A DNA stretch of 52,228 nucleotides from NCBI GenBank assembly GCA_034435295.1, contig DAOTYD010000072.1:1-52228 (forward strand). Direction: 5' to 3'. A model generated the notes under the pieces. The model ran no database searches, had not been told where the DNA came from, and was given only the letters and a program-made list of their open reading frames with translations. The position numbers and the translations under genes are program-made. The stretch comes from Anaerolineae bacterium (GTDB lineage Bacteria; Chloroflexota; Anaerolineae; B4-G1; DUEL01). Of the stretch, positions 1-9,557 are shown one piece after another (position 1 is the stretch's first letter; every line of letters starts with the position of its first letter).

Positions 1-43
1 CCGGTGGGGGCCGCCGGGTCTGTGACCCGGCGGCCCCCACCGG
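1..43. repeat. Perfect palindromic REP-like hairpin (20-nt arms, 3-nt loop)
   Basis: ccggtgggggccgccgggtc / tgt / gacccggcggcccccaccgg. The arms are exact reverse complements. The same gggtctgtgacccggcggcccccaccgg module recurs at 41010-41039. Confidence 0.85.
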
Positions 44-49
44 CAGGGA

Positions 50-185
50 TCACAGGCCACGAAATCCGTGAAATCTGTGTAATCTGTGGCCAAAAACCGG
101 CGGCCCCCTGGCGGGGGTCACAGGCCACGAAATCCGTGAAATCTGTGTAATCTGTGGCCAAAAACCGGCGGCCCCCTGGCGGGGG
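50..185. repeat. Tandem duplication, 68-bp unit x2 (tcacaggccacgaaatccgtgaaatctgtgtaatctgtggccaaaaaccggcggccccctggcggggg)
   Basis: Copy 1 is 50-117 and copy 2 is 118-185, read directly. A single copy of the same unit is at 41045-41092. The tail module cagactcccgcc..gcgtcctgcttcgaaca (189-238) matches 41094-41144. Confidence 0.85.
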
Positions 186-256
186 TCACAGACTCCCGCC
201 GAGCAGGGGATGCCCCACGCCAGCGTCCTGCTTCGAACAGCCGCGCTGCAAAACGC

Positions 257-284
257 TTGCGCGATCGGTCGGCGCGAGTATAAT
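257..284 (+). promoter_or_regulatory. Sigma70-like promoter candidate for comEA (TTGCGC-N16-TATAAT)
   Basis: The -35 ttgcgc is at 257-262 and the -10 tataat at 279-284, about 35 nt upstream of the ATG at 319. Confidence 0.4.
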
Positions 285-318
285 AAGGGCACAACGCAGT
301 CAGCAATGGAGAACAAAC

Positions 319-915
319 ATGGAGACCCGTGTCGCTCGTCATCGCAGCCTGTTGATCCTCTGCTCTGTCCTGAGCCTTGTTGTCGGGGGGGCGATTGGCT
401 TTTTCACCCCTCATCCGCAGAGCCACGCCCTGACGGTCCTTACGCCGGAGCCTACGGCGACCCCCTTGCCTACCGCGACGCCGTCGCCCCTGCGCGTCTA
501 TGTCAGCGGGGCGGTGATGGCGCCGGCCGTCTATCGCCTGCTGCCGGGCAGCCTGGTGGAGGATGCCATACGCGCTGCCGGCGGGGCCACGGCGGAGGCT
601 GACCTGGAGCGGATCAACCTGGCCCAGGAGCTATACGACCAGCAGCAGGTGTATGTGCCGCGAGTTGGCGAGGGCAGTGCGCTGCCCGTCCTCGTTGGCG
701 GCGTCCCCCCCACCGCCCCCCTCCGCGTCAACCTCAACACGGCGACGGCTGCGGACCTGGAGACCCTGCCCGGCATCGGGCCGGCGACGGCCCAGCAGAT
801 CGTGGCCTATCGAGAGACCTATGGCCCTTTTCCTTCCATCGAGGCGCTGCTGGAGGTGCCGGGGATCGGGCCGGCGACGCTCGAAAAGATGCGGGAGTAT
901 CTGACTGTTGAATAG
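319..915 (+). CDS. comEA: ComEA-type DNA-binding competence protein (N-terminal TM, SLBB-like domain, tandem helix-hairpin-helix)
   Basis: The C-terminus LNTATAADLETLPGIGPATAQQIVAYRE..LLEVPGIGPATLEKM is a double HhH. A TM segment LLILCSVLSLVVGGAIGFF is present. The ORF-track start at 154 runs through the REP repeats, so the internal ATG at 319 (METRV) is preferred. Confidence 0.8.
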   Translation: METRVARHRSLLILCSVLSLVVGGAIGFFTPHPQSHALTVLTPEPTATPLPTATPSPLRVYVSGAVMAPAVYRLLPGSLVEDAIRAAGGATAEADLERINLAQELYDQQQVYVPRVGEGSALPVLVGGVPPTAPLRVNLNTATAADLETLPGIGPATAQQIVAYRETYGPFPSIEALLEVPGIGPATLEKMREYLTVE

Positions 916-917
916 AT

Positions 918-946
918 TTGACATTGCCGCTTTCTTGTGGTAATCT
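918..946 (+). promoter_or_regulatory. Near-consensus promoter TTGACA-N17-TAATCT
   Basis: ttgaca at 918-923, a 17-nt spacer, and taatct at 941-946. It lies upstream of the Roadblock gene, which has RBS aaggag at 1001-1006. Confidence 0.6.
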
Positions 947-1012
947 CTACACAGATTTCGTTCGCCAGTCCACTCTGTCGGCGCAGGGTGGTGAACTTTT
1001 AAGGAGCGTGGA

Positions 1013-1387
1013 ATGGCAGAGAGATCCCGTACCGAAAGAATGGTAGCCCGCCTACGCGAGTTGCAGATGAGCACTACCGATATTGAAGCGTCGGCGATCG
1101 TCAGCGTGGATGGTTTGAGCATGGCGTCCTCTCTACCGGCAGGGGTGGAAGAGGATCGGGTTTCGGCGATGTCTGCGGCGATGCTCTCGCTGGGCGAGCG
1201 CATCGCCAGCGAGTTGGGACGCGGAACGCTCGACGAAGTGTACGTAAAAGGCGAAGGCGGCTATGTTATCCTGACCGCTGTCGGTGAGGAAGCTGTCCTG
1301 ACCGTCCTCGCCCGCTCGGGCGCCAAATTGGGGCTGGTTTTCCTCGAAATGCGTCGCGCGGCTGAGGAACTGGCAGACATTCTTTAG
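1013..1387 (+). CDS. Roadblock/LC7 (MglB-like) domain protein
   Basis: 124 aa with the typical Roadblock pattern (IEASAIVSVDGLSMASSLP..EDRVSAMSAAMLSLGERI..GTLDEVYVKGEGGYVIL). RBS aaggag is present. Confidence 0.75.
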   Translation: MAERSRTERMVARLRELQMSTTDIEASAIVSVDGLSMASSLPAGVEEDRVSAMSAAMLSLGERIASELGRGTLDEVYVKGEGGYVILTAVGEEAVLTVLARSGAKLGLVFLEMRRAAEELADIL

Positions 1388-1410
1388 CATGACGGGACAG
1401 GAGGCTAGAC

Positions 1411-2046
1411 GTGAGACGAATCGAGCCCAGCGGTTATTACTACCCCAATAAACTGGCCCGTATCTACATCCTGGCCATCGAAGAGGTCATGGGAAAGAAC
1501 GGCCTCAACGCCATTCTCAACCTGGCCGGTCTGCAGCACCTGGTCGAGAATTATCCTCCCGACAACTTTGACAAAGAGTTCGACTTTTCGGACTTTTCGG
1601 CGCTCAACTGGGCGCTGGAGGAAATGTACGGTCCGCGCGGCGGGCGCGGCCTGCAATTGCGTGCTGGGCGGGCTGCCTTCGCCCTGGGCCTGCCTGGCTT
1701 CGGCCCTCTGGCCGGTGTGGGCGACCTGGCCTTCCGTGTTCTGCCCCTCAGCGCCAAGCTCAAGGCTGGCGCTCCGGCTCTGGCCAAAATCTTTACCCAG
1801 TTCAGCGACCAGGTCAGTCTGGTCGAGGACAAGGGGGACTATTACACCTACACCATGAACCCCTGCCCCTGTTGTTGGGGCCGCACGGCTGATCGGCCAA
1901 TCTGCTTCGCCGGCATGGGCGTGATCGAGGAGGGCCTGCACTGGGTCAGCGGCGGCAAAAAGTTCCGCGTGGACGAGATTTCCTGCCACGCCGTAGACCC
2001 GAGCCAGATCTGCACCTACGCCATTTATAAAGAGCCTATCGGCTAG
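1411..2046 (+). CDS. V4R (4-vinyl reductase) domain protein
   Basis: GTG start with RBS ggacaggagg. The C-terminal Cys-containing V4R-like core is YTMNPCPCCWGR..PICFAGMGVIEEGLHWVSGGK..EISCHA. Confidence 0.6.
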   Translation: MRRIEPSGYYYPNKLARIYILAIEEVMGKNGLNAILNLAGLQHLVENYPPDNFDKEFDFSDFSALNWALEEMYGPRGGRGLQLRAGRAAFALGLPGFGPLAGVGDLAFRVLPLSAKLKAGAPALAKIFTQFSDQVSLVEDKGDYYTYTMNPCPCCWGRTADRPICFAGMGVIEEGLHWVSGGKKFRVDEISCHAVDPSQICTYAIYKEPIG

Positions 2047-2074
2047 CGGCTGTATCCGTTCATCGAGGTAAGCT

Positions 2075-2947
2075 ATGACGCCGCAACAGCATATTCTCAT
2101 CGTCGAGGACGAGCCAAACACGGCTGAGATGCTGGCATCGTACTTCGAAGCCCAGGGGTACCAGGTGACCACGGTGGGCTGGGGGAACGATGCCCTTTCT
2201 TTTGTCAAAAAGGTCCTGCCCGACCTGGTGGTGCTGGACATCCGCCTGCCGGACATTGACGGCTATGAGGTCTGCCGCCGCCTGCGCAGCCACCGGCGCA
2301 CCGCCCGCATCCCGATCATCTTTCTCACCGAGCGGCGCGAGCGCATCGACCGGCTGGCCGGCCTGGAATTGGGGGCAGTGGACTATGTGACCAAGCCCTT
2401 CGACATCCAGGAACTGCGGCTGCGCGTGCGCAATGTGCTGCGCCGGGCTGATGCGTTGCCTGTCGCTCATCCGGTGACCGGCCTGCCCTTTTCCACCCTG
2501 GCCGAGGAACAGCTCTCCCTGCTGCTACAGGTGCAGACCCGCTGGGCGCTGCTGGCAGTATCAATCGACGGGTTGGAGCCATTTGCCGACGCCTACGGCT
2601 TTGTCGCCCGCGACGATGTCCTGCGCGCCGTGGCGCTGATGGTCAAGCGCACCGCTGAAGAAGGCGCTGGCGACAAGGAGCCTTTCGTCGGCCAACTGGA
2701 TGATGCGGGCTTTTTCATCATCGTCAGCCCGGAACACGTCCGGCGCATCCAGGAACAACTGTCTGCCCGTCTGAGGGAGGCGGTGGCCTTTTTCTACCCC
2801 CGCGCCGACTGGGAAGCCGGCAAGAGCAAAGGGGGCGAGCCGCTGCCCAGGCTCTCGATTCTCCTGGGCGCCATCAGGGGCCCCGGCTCCTATCACAATC
2901 TGGACGAGCTGCGCAGTGCGATCAAGAACTCGTTGGCGCCGGCCTGA
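2075..2947 (+). CDS. Response regulator: REC domain plus degenerate GGDEF-like domain
   Basis: REC features are ILIVEDE, VVLDIRLPDIDG and DYVTKPF. The GGDEF-fold part has HPVTGLP and LLAVSIDGLEPFADAYGF, but the GG(D/E)EF position reads LDDAGF, so it is probably not a cyclase. Confidence 0.8.
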   Translation: MTPQQHILIVEDEPNTAEMLASYFEAQGYQVTTVGWGNDALSFVKKVLPDLVVLDIRLPDIDGYEVCRRLRSHRRTARIPIIFLTERRERIDRLAGLELGAVDYVTKPFDIQELRLRVRNVLRRADALPVAHPVTGLPFSTLAEEQLSLLLQVQTRWALLAVSIDGLEPFADAYGFVARDDVLRAVALMVKRTAEEGAGDKEPFVGQLDDAGFFIIVSPEHVRRIQEQLSARLREAVAFFYPRADWEAGKSKGGEPLPRLSILLGAIRGPGSYHNLDELRSAIKNSLAPA

Positions 2948-2965
2948 CCTTTTTTGCCGCGCCGG

Positions 2966-3008
2966 GGTGTGGTCTGGCTTTTGCCCACGGCCACACCTTT
3001 TTGTTTTG
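2966..3008 (+). terminator. Intrinsic terminator candidate after the response-regulator gene
   Basis: Stem ggtgtgg (2966-2972) pairs with ccacacc (2991-2997), followed by tttttgtttt. Confidence 0.5.
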
Positions 3009-3019
3009 GCATCCTTGCG

Positions 3020-3757
3020 ATGAACGTAACGGTCGTGATCCCCACCTACAACGAGGCCGAGAACGTCGAGGCGATGGCCGAGGCGCTGTGGGGCCTGGGC
3101 ATCCCTGACCTGCACGTCCTCATCGTCGATGACGAATCGCCCGATGGGACCGGGGCCATCGCCGACCGGCTGGCAGAGGAAAACCCGGGCCGGCTGAGCG
3201 TGTTGCACCGCAGCGGACCGCGCGGCCTGGGCCGCGCCTATGTCGACGGCTTCCGCTGGGCCCTCCAGCACGGCGCCGACGCCATCGTGCAGATGGACTG
3301 CGACTTTTCCCACGCCCCCGCCGACGTGCCGCGCCTGCTGGCCCACCTCCCTGACTATGACGTCGTCATCGGTTCGCGCTATGTCAGGGGGGGGCGGACC
3401 GACGAAAAGTGGAGCTTTGGGCGGGTGCTGCTTTCGTGGTGGGCCAACTTTTACGCGCGGGTCATCCTGGGCTGCCGCGTGCGCGACATCACCGCCGGCT
3501 TCAAAGCCTGGCGGCGCCAGGCCCTGGCGGGCATCGACCTGGACTGCATTTTCTCGCAGGGCTATGTCTTCCAGGTCGAGATGATCTATGTCGCCGAGCG
3601 GCTGGGCTACCGCATCCTGGAGGTGCCCATCTACTTCGAAGACCGGCGCATCGGCCGTTCCAAGATGACCATGCCGGTCAAGTTCGAGGCGGCCTGGCGG
3701 GTATGGCAGGTGCGCTGGCGACACCGCCATCTGCAACCGCGCCACGGAGAGGTATGA
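3020..3757 (+). CDS. GT2 polyprenol-phosphate glycosyltransferase (dolichyl/undecaprenyl-phosphate mannosyl- or glucosyl-transferase type, Ppm1/GtrB/CsbB-like)
   Basis: [15 protein letters not shown].., VDDESPDGT and DCDFSHAP (DxD-type) motifs. The stop overlaps the next ATG (ATGA at 3754-3757). Confidence 0.8.
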   Translation: MNVTVVIPTYNEAENVEAMAEALWGLGIPDLHVLIVDDESPDGTGAIADRLAEENPGRLSVLHRSGPRGLGRAYVDGFRWALQHGADAIVQMDCDFSHAPADVPRLLAHLPDYDVVIGSRYVRGGRTDEKWSFGRVLLSWWANFYARVILGCRVRDITAGFKAWRRQALAGIDLDCIFSQGYVFQVEMIYVAERLGYRILEVPIYFEDRRIGRSKMTMPVKFEAAWRVWQVRWRHRHLQPRHGEV

Positions 3758-6700
3758 TCCGCCGACTGCTTCCCACCGCCGTCGCCGCGCTCATCCTGCT
3801 GCTGCTGCCCCTGCTCCTCTTTGCCCCCGTCGCCCTGGGCAACCGCACGCTGCTTCCCGTCGACGCCCTCTTCCTCTTCGAGCCGTACCGCGCTGCCGCC
3901 GCTGAGCTGGGCGTGACGAGGGTGCAAAATGGCCTGGTTGCCGACCTGATCCTGGAAAACTATGCCTGGAAGCGCTTTATCCTGCAGGCGCTGCAGAACC
4001 ACGAGCTGCCGCTGTGGGATCCCTACATCTTTGCTGGCCATCCCTTTCTCGCCAACGGCCAGCACTCGGCCCTCTATCCGCTGAGCGTCGTCTTTTACGT
4101 CCTCCCGCTATGGCGGGCCTTTGGCGTGTTTGCCTGGCTGCAACTGGGGCTGGCCGGCCTGTGGACCTATCTCTTCGCCCGCGTGCTGGGCATCCGCCGG
4201 CTGGGCGCTCTGCTGGCCGGCATCGTCTTCCAGTTCAGCGGCTTTATGGTCGTGTCGGTGGTCCACCCCATGATCATCGCCGGGGCCTCGTGGCTGCCCT
4301 TTATCCTGGCGATGGTCGAACTGATCGTCCGCCAGCGCCCGGCGCTGGGCCAGCGACCGTCCAGCCTGCCCTGGGCGCTGCTGGGAGCGGTCGGCCTGGG
4401 CTGCCACATGCTTGCCGGGCACGCCGAGAACACCTACTTTGTCCTGCTGGTCACGGCGCTGTATGTGGCCTGGCGGCTGAGCGGGCTGTTCGTCGGCGCG
4501 CTGCGCGAGCACAGGGCCGCTGGCGCAGCGCGGCGGCTGGCGCGGCCGCTGTTCTGGCTGGCGCTGATGCTGATCCTGGGGCTGGCCCTCGGCGCGGTCC
4601 AGTTCATTCCCCTGTACGAGGTCGCGGCAGATAGCTTCCGCTCCGGCGAGGCAGCGGCGACGCTGGCGCAGGTGCGCGGCTGGGCTTATCCCCCCCGCCG
4701 CCTGATCACCTTTGGCATTCCCAACTTTTTCGGCAACCCGGCCCACCACAGTTACTTTGACCTTTTCCAGTGGCGCACCGTGCCCGTCACCACGAACGCC
4801 TACGACCACCCCATCGACAGCACCGACTGGGGGATCAAGAATTATGTCGAGGGCGGCGCCTACCTGGGACTGCTGCCATTGCTGCTGGCGGTGTTGTCTA
4901 TCGCGTATCGCCCATCGCTTATCGCTTATCGCCCATCGCTTATCGCTTATCGCAAATCACACATCGCGGCAAGCGATACGCGATATGCGATAGGCGATAC
5001 GCGATATGCCGTTCTCTTCTTCACCCTGCTCAGCCTCTTTTCCCTCGGCTGCATCTTTGGCACGCCGCTCTATGCCCTGGTCTATGCCCTGCCCTACATC
5101 AGCCAGTCGCACTCTCCCTTCCGTTGGGTCTTTCCGCTGACGCTCTCGGTGGCAGTGCTGGCGGGGTTCGGGGTCGAGGAGGTGCGCAGACGGAATGGGG
5201 CGCAAGGGGTAAGGAGTGAGGAGCAAGGGACAAAGGGCAAGGGACAGGGGACAGCGGGCAGGTGGTTTCTTCTCGGCGCGTCGCCCTCGCTGGTCAGCGC
5301 GTTGGCGGCGCTGGCGTTCTGGGGCGGCCTGCTGACGCTGGCGGGGCTGGCGCTCAGCCGGCTCTTTTTCGCCCAGATCGAGCCGCTGGTGGAGCGCCTC
5401 TTCCTCGGCCTGGCGCTGGCGCCCAACGCCTTCCCCGACCACCGCGCCTTTTATTCCTACGAGTTCAAATGGATCGCTCTCTTCGGCCTGTTGCTCGCCG
5501 GGACGGGCATCGTCCTGCGTCTCAGCCGCTGCCCGATCACCCTGAAGCGACGGCCGCTGTGGGAGTTTCTGGCGCTGGGCCTGCTGGTCGTCGATATGGT
5601 CTCGTTCGGCGCGGGATTCCACCCCGCTGTCGACCCGGCGCTGCTCGACTATACCCCGCCCGTGGTCGAATTTCTGCGCCAGGACACGACCCTCTGGCGC
5701 TATGCCACCTTCACCCCGCCCGGCACGACCAAGACGATGAACGCCAACACAGGGATGTTCTACAACCTGCAGGCCGTCAACGGCTACGACTCGCTCTTTT
5801 CGCGCCAGTACGCCGACTATATGGGCCTGATCGAGGAACAGGACGAGTTGCAGTACAACCGCATCGCCTCGTTCAGCGACTGGTCGAGCCTGGACAGCCC
5901 GCTCATGGACCTCCTCAACGTCAAGTACATCCTCAGCGAGGTCGAAATCCCCAACCCGGCCAAATACCGCCTGGTCTACCGCGACGAGTCGCTCTATGTC
6001 TACGAGAACCTGGCGGCGATGAGCCGTGCGTTCACCCTGCCGGCGTCGGCGGCGGTGGTCATGCAGGACGTGGCCACGGCGCTGCGCACGTATGACCCGC
6101 ACCAGTTTGTGGTCCTGGAGAGAGAAGCGCCAGCCGCGCCAGCCGCCCCCCAGCCGGCCACGGCAACTCCCCAGACGGTCGTCGAGTACACGATGGACCA
6201 GGTGACGGTCGACGCGACGCTGGCCGGGCCGGGCTGGCTGGTGCTGGGCGACTCGTACTTTCCCGGCTGGAAGGCGTTCGTGCGGCCACAGGGAGCCGGC
6301 CCAGAGGCCGAGCGGGAGGTCGAGATCCTCCGCGCCGACGGCAACTTTCGCGCCGTCTTTCTGGAGGCAGGCGCGTGGACCGTTCGTTTCAAGTACAGCC
6401 CCAACAGCGTCAAGGTTGGCGCCTTTGTCTCTTTCATCGCCGCGATGACGCTGCTCTTCTTGAGCGGCCTCTACCTGTGGCGCTTTTTCTACCGCGAGGA
6501 GGACGACGCCAGCACGGTGCGGCGCGTGGCCAAGAACTCGCTGGCGCCGATCGTGCTCAACCTGTTCAACCGCGCCATCGAGTTTGCCTTTGCCGCGCTG
6601 GCGGCGCGCATCCTGGGGCCGGTGGGCAACGGCCGCTTTGCCACGGCAGCCAACATCTACATCTGGTTCGACATTATCGCCAACTTTGGGCTGGACATGT

Positions 6701-7980
6701 ACCTGATGCGCGAGGTGTCCAGCGACCGCAGCCGCGCGCGGCGGCTGCTGGTCAATACGAGCGTCCTGCGCCTGCTGCTCTACCTGGCGGCGGCGCCCGT
6801 CCTGGCCGCCTTCCTGGGCGGCTGGCAGGGATTGGGCTCGCCGCTGGCCGACGAGACGCTGTGGACGGTGGCTCTGCTCTACATCGGCCTGCTGCCGAAC
6901 ACCTTTGCCTACGGACTGGCGGCCCTCTTCCGCGGTTTCGAGAAACACGAGATCCCCGCCGCCATTCAGACGGTGACGACAATTGTCAAGGTGACGCTGG
7001 GGGTGCTGGCGCTGGTCGCCGGGCTGGGCATCCGCGGCATCGCCGGCGCGTCGGTCCTGACCAACGGGACGACGCTGCTCATCCTGGCCGTGCTGGCGCG
7101 GCGGCTGATCTGGCCGCACCTGCCGCCAGCGCGGGAGCGCGTCGCCTGGCCGCTGCAGCGCCTGATGCTGGCCGAGAGCTGGCCGCTGATGGTCTCGTTT
7201 CTCCTGCAATACCTCTTCCCCGGCATCAACATCCTGCTCCTGCAGCGGCTGCAAGGCGACGCCGTGGTTGGCTGGTACGATGCCGCCCGCAAATGGGTCG
7301 ACGCGCTGAATCTGATCCCGTCGGTTTTTACCTTCGCCGTCTTTCCGGTCATCTCACAGCAAGCGGCGCATGACCGCCTCGCCATGCGCCGCACCTATCA
7401 CCTGTCGGCCAAGCTGCTGCTGATCGTGGCCCTGCCAGCGGCGGTGCTCGTCAGCCTGCTGGCGACGCCGCTGGTCGGCCTGCTCAGCGGGGCCGCCTTC
7501 CTACCCGACGGCGCCATCGCCCTGCGCCTGCTGATCTGGTCGATCCCCTTGGGCTGGATCAACAGCCTGACCAACTATGCGCTGATCGCGCTCAACCGCC
7601 AGCGCTACGTCCTGGTCGCTTCGGGGGCACGGGTCTTTTTTACCCTCGTGGCGAATCTGTTGCTGGTGCCGCGCTGGAGCTATACGGCCTCGGCGTGGAT
7701 CATGATCGGCGGCGAGTTGCTGCTGGCGATCCTCTTCTACCTCGGCCTGCGCCGCCAGACGGGGCCGGTGGCCTGGGGAGCGATTGGGGTCCGCCCTCTC
7801 CTGGCCGGCCTGGCGATGGCTGCCGTGGCCTGGCTGCTGGCTCCCGTCAGCCTGGCGCTGGCGCTGGTGGCGAGCGCGGCGATATATCCGCTCGCCCTGC
7901 TCCTCCTGCGCGCCCTGGACGCGGAGGAGCGGGCCGCGCTTTCCCCCCTGCTGCCCGCTCCCCTGCGCCGCGAACGCTGA
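3754..7980 (+). CDS. Fusion protein: YfhO-like GT-C membrane glycosyltransferase (about aa 1-920) fused to a MOP/Wzx-type polysaccharide flippase (about aa 920-1408)
   Basis: The N-terminus resembles YfhO ([23 protein letters not shown], many TM segments). From about 6510 the sequence is [38 protein letters not shown], typical of Wzx/RfbX. No stop codon lies between the two parts. The RBS is ggagagg. Two in-frame repeat tracts are inside (4899-5009 and 5202-5257). Confidence 0.7.
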   Translation: MIRRLLPTAVAALILLLLPLLLFAPVALGNRTLLPVDALFLFEPYRAAAAELGVTRVQNGLVADLILENYAWKRFILQALQNHELPLWDPYIFAGHPFLANGQHSALYPLSVVFYVLPLWRAFGVFAWLQLGLAGLWTYLFARVLGIRRLGALLAGIVFQFSGFMVVSVVHPMIIAGASWLPFILAMVELIVRQRPALGQRPSSLPWALLGAVGLGCHMLAGHAENTYFVLLVTALYVAWRLSGLFVGALREHRAAGAARRLARPLFWLALMLILGLALGAVQFIPLYEVAADSFRSGEAAATLAQVRGWAYPPRRLITFGIPNFFGNPAHHSYFDLFQWRTVPVTTNAYDHPIDSTDWGIKNYVEGGAYLGLLPLLLAVLSIAYRPSLIAYRPSLIAYRKSHIAASDTRYAIGDTRYAVLFFTLLSLFSLGCIFGTPLYALVYALPYISQSHSPFRWVFPLTLSVAVLAGFGVEEVRRRNGAQGVRSEEQGTKGKGQGTAGRWFLLGASPSLVSALAALAFWGGLLTLAGLALSRLFFAQIEPLVERLFLGLALAPNAFPDHRAFYSYEFKWIALFGLLLAGTGIVLRLSRCPITLKRRPLWEFLALGLLVVDMVSFGAGFHPAVDPALLDYTPPVVEFLRQDTTLWRYATFTPPGTTKTMNANTGMFYNLQAVNGYDSLFSRQYADYMGLIEEQDELQYNRIASFSDWSSLDSPLMDLLNVKYILSEVEIPNPAKYRLVYRDESLYVYENLAAMSRAFTLPASAAVVMQDVATALRTYDPHQFVVLEREAPAAPAAPQPATATPQTVVEYTMDQVTVDATLAGPGWLVLGDSYFPGWKAFVRPQGAGPEAEREVEILRADGNFRAVFLEAGAWTVRFKYSPNSVKVGAFVSFIAAMTLLFLSGLYLWRFFYREEDDASTVRRVAKNSLAPIVLNLFNRAIEFAFAALAARILGPVGNGRFATAANIYIWFDIIANFGLDMYLMREVSSDRSRARRLLVNTSVLRLLLYLAAAPVLAAFLGGWQGLGSPLADETLWTVALLYIGLLPNTFAYGLAALFRGFEKHEIPAAIQTVTTIVKVTLGVLALVAGLGIRGIAGASVLTNGTTLLILAVLARRLIWPHLPPARERVAWPLQRLMLAESWPLMVSFLLQYLFPGINILLLQRLQGDAVVGWYDAARKWVDALNLIPSVFTFAVFPVISQQAAHDRLAMRRTYHLSAKLLLIVALPAAVLVSLLATPLVGLLSGAAFLPDGAIALRLLIWSIPLGWINSLTNYALIALNRQRYVLVASGARVFFTLVANLLLVPRWSYTASAWIMIGGELLLAILFYLGLRRQTGPVAWGAIGVRPLLAGLAMAAVAWLLAPVSLALALVASAAIYPLALLLLRALDAEERAALSPLLPAPLRRER
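4899..5009. repeat. Heptamer tandem-repeat hairpin (atcgcNN x8, then inverted gcgatNN x5) inside the YfhO fusion CDS
   Basis: The left arm tatcgcgtatcgcc (4899-4912) is the exact complement of ggcgatacgcgata (4993-5006). Period 7 nt. It is translated as [38 protein letters not shown]. Confidence 0.85.
5202..5257. repeat. Purine-rich degenerate heptamer tract (8 x 7 nt) inside the YfhO fusion CDS
   Basis: gcaaggg gtaagga gtgagga gcaaggg acaaagg gcaaggg acagggg acagcgg, translated as [20 protein letters not shown]. Confidence 0.7.
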
Positions 7981-8012
7981 CCGCGGCGCGCAACAGCTCC
8001 AATTGTCGGCTC

Positions 8013-9230
8013 TTACTCCTCCGCCAGCAGTTCGACCTCGGCTACCAGCGCGTCGAAAGAGTGGCCGGAGGCATAGATCGTCATGACCTTGATCAGCGCC
8101 GGCGGTTCGTCAAAGACCTCGACCAGATTCTCCGAATCGAACGTTGCCCAGGTCTGGAAGGGCACTTCCTGCTCATAATCGTAGAGCACGTCGGGCGGGA
8201 CATGCGCCCGCCAGTAAAAGCCGTGATACCAGACGCGGTCGGTGCCGTAAATGTCCTTGTAGTCGATGCGCACCATGATGGGGCACTCGGTGCCCAGCGA
8301 ACCGCAGCCGGGCAGGCTCTGCTCGCGCACCTGGACGCTCATGTGGAGGACCAGCGAGGTGAAATCGCGCACGTCATAGTTGATCTCCTGGCGAATGCCC
8401 ACCTCGGCGTGGCCCAGCCCCGAACGGTAGAAGCGCGCCGCCTGACGGCCGGCCAGGTCGGTGATCTCCACTTCGCCAGCCGGCAGGCGCTGCTCGTCGT
8501 GATAGGCGCTCCAGCCCGTGCTCAGCGGCTCGCGAAAGTCGCCGTTGACCAGCAGATTGCGCTCGGCCGGCAGCGCCTCGGGCAGCGCCTGACCGGCCAG
8601 CACGCCGATGCGCTCCGAGTCGCCCAGGGTGACCGTCTCGCCAGAGGCCGAGACAACCTCTGCCTGACCGTAGCGCACGGTCAACTCCGAGGCATCCGAA
8701 CCGACGCGGACCTCGTAGCTGCCCTCCTCCAGGTGAGCGACCATGTGCGGCGTGCGCAGCTCTACCTTTGTGGGACGGTCGTCTACCGGCGATACCAGCA
8801 CGCGCACCCGCCCGGCCTGCACCTGCAAGACAACGCTGTGGGGCAGCGGACTGAGCGCAAAACGCGGCGAGTGGGCCGAGATCAGCCTGACCTCTGTGTC
8901 GCCGTAGATTTGCACGGTCACGGTCGTGTCGAGCTCGCCTTCGACGCGGGGGACATGCACGGTCAGCAACGCCTGGGCAAAGCGGTCCGTGGTCACCGCC
9001 GATGCCGCAGGCACATCCCATGTCGGCTCGACGAGAGCCAGGATCTCGCCGCGCCCGCGCCGTTGCAGGCCCGGCCGGCCCTGTTGCGGCTCCAGCAGGG
9101 CATCCTGCTCGACCCGCGCGGTGCGCAGAAAGGTGCGGATTCCCAGCGGCGTCCCCACAGCCAGGGCGACACAGAGAGCAAAAGAGACCAGGAGGATGAG
9201 CCAGGCCAGCCGCTCGCGGTTGTTGTTCAT
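8013..9230 (-). CDS. Membrane-anchored hypothetical protein (N-terminal TM, FecR-like beta region, C-terminal CBM/jelly-roll-like domain)
   Basis: The TM is [18 protein letters not shown]. The C-terminal [19 protein letters not shown] resembles starts of carbohydrate-binding modules. The ATG overlaps the acyP stop (ATGA at 9227-9230). Confidence 0.5.
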   Translation of the reverse strand: MNNNRERLAWLILLVSFALCVALAVGTPLGIRTFLRTARVEQDALLEPQQGRPGLQRRGRGEILALVEPTWDVPAASAVTTDRFAQALLTVHVPRVEGELDTTVTVQIYGDTEVRLISAHSPRFALSPLPHSVVLQVQAGRVRVLVSPVDDRPTKVELRTPHMVAHLEEGSYEVRVGSDASELTVRYGQAEVVSASGETVTLGDSERIGVLAGQALPEALPAERNLLVNGDFREPLSTGWSAYHDEQRLPAGEVEITDLAGRQAARFYRSGLGHAEVGIRQEINYDVRDFTSLVLHMSVQVREQSLPGCGSLGTECPIMVRIDYKDIYGTDRVWYHGFYWRAHVPPDVLYDYEQEVPFQTWATFDSENLVEVFDEPPALIKVMTIYASGHSFDALVAEVELLAEE

Positions 9231-9529
9231 AGGCGGATCACGCCAAAGTCGGAGAATTCGCCGCTGGCTTTTTCCCAGCGGAACTCGACGTGCTGCACCC
9301 TGGCGGCGGGCGGCCCCTCGTGGAGGAAGGCCAGGAACGCTTCCAGGGCGGGCCGCGGACCCTCTGCGACGGTCTCGACCTTGCCATCCCAGCGGTTGGC
9401 GACCCAGCCGGTCAGCCCCAGCCGCCGCGCCTGATTCATCGTGAAATAGCGGAAATTGACCCCCTGCACCAGGCCCGAGATGACGGCGTGCAGGCGGAGC
9501 GTGTCGGGTTGTCTGGATTCTTCTCCCAT
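9227..9529 (-). CDS. acyP: Acylphosphatase
   Basis: 100 aa with [36 protein letters not shown] (the acylphosphatase V.G.VQGV.FR signature). The internal ATG at 9529 was chosen over the Arg/Pro-rich extension to 9829. Confidence 0.85.
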   Translation of the reverse strand: MGEESRQPDTLRLHAVISGLVQGVNFRYFTMNQARRLGLTGWVANRWDGKVETVAEGPRPALEAFLAFLHEGPPAARVQHVEFRWEKASGEFSDFGVIRL

Positions 9530-9557
9530 TGTGCTTTCCTTTTTTGCAGTGGAGTCT

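Noticed and set aside
154-318. Long N-terminal extension of comEA (ORF-track start at 154)
   Set aside because: The extension is encoded by the 68-bp tandem repeat and REP tail. An internal ATG at 319 follows a promoter-like TATAAT and begins directly at the TM segment.
3409-3753. Upstream extension of the YfhO fusion ORF to 3409, and comparable extensions of acyP (to 9829), the exonuclease (to 11365), the MA peptidase (to 12924), the HEAT protein (to 13469), AOR, the ferredoxin, the ubiA-like gene and the ParA gene
   Set aside because: The extensions overlap the preceding well-supported genes in another frame and are Arg/Pro-rich. Internal starts with an RBS or with ATGA/GTGA coupling fit far better.
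4957-7254. 765-aa ORF on the minus strand, and similar giant antisense ORFs at 16221-19157(+), 19478-22531(+), 22556-25222(+), 32505-36311(-), 44062-47484(-), 7695-9434(+) and 2561-3745(-)
   Set aside because: These are typical high-GC shadow ORFs. Their composition is Arg/Gly/Ala/Pro/Asp/His-rich with no recognisable motifs. Each lies antisense to a gene with strong family signatures.
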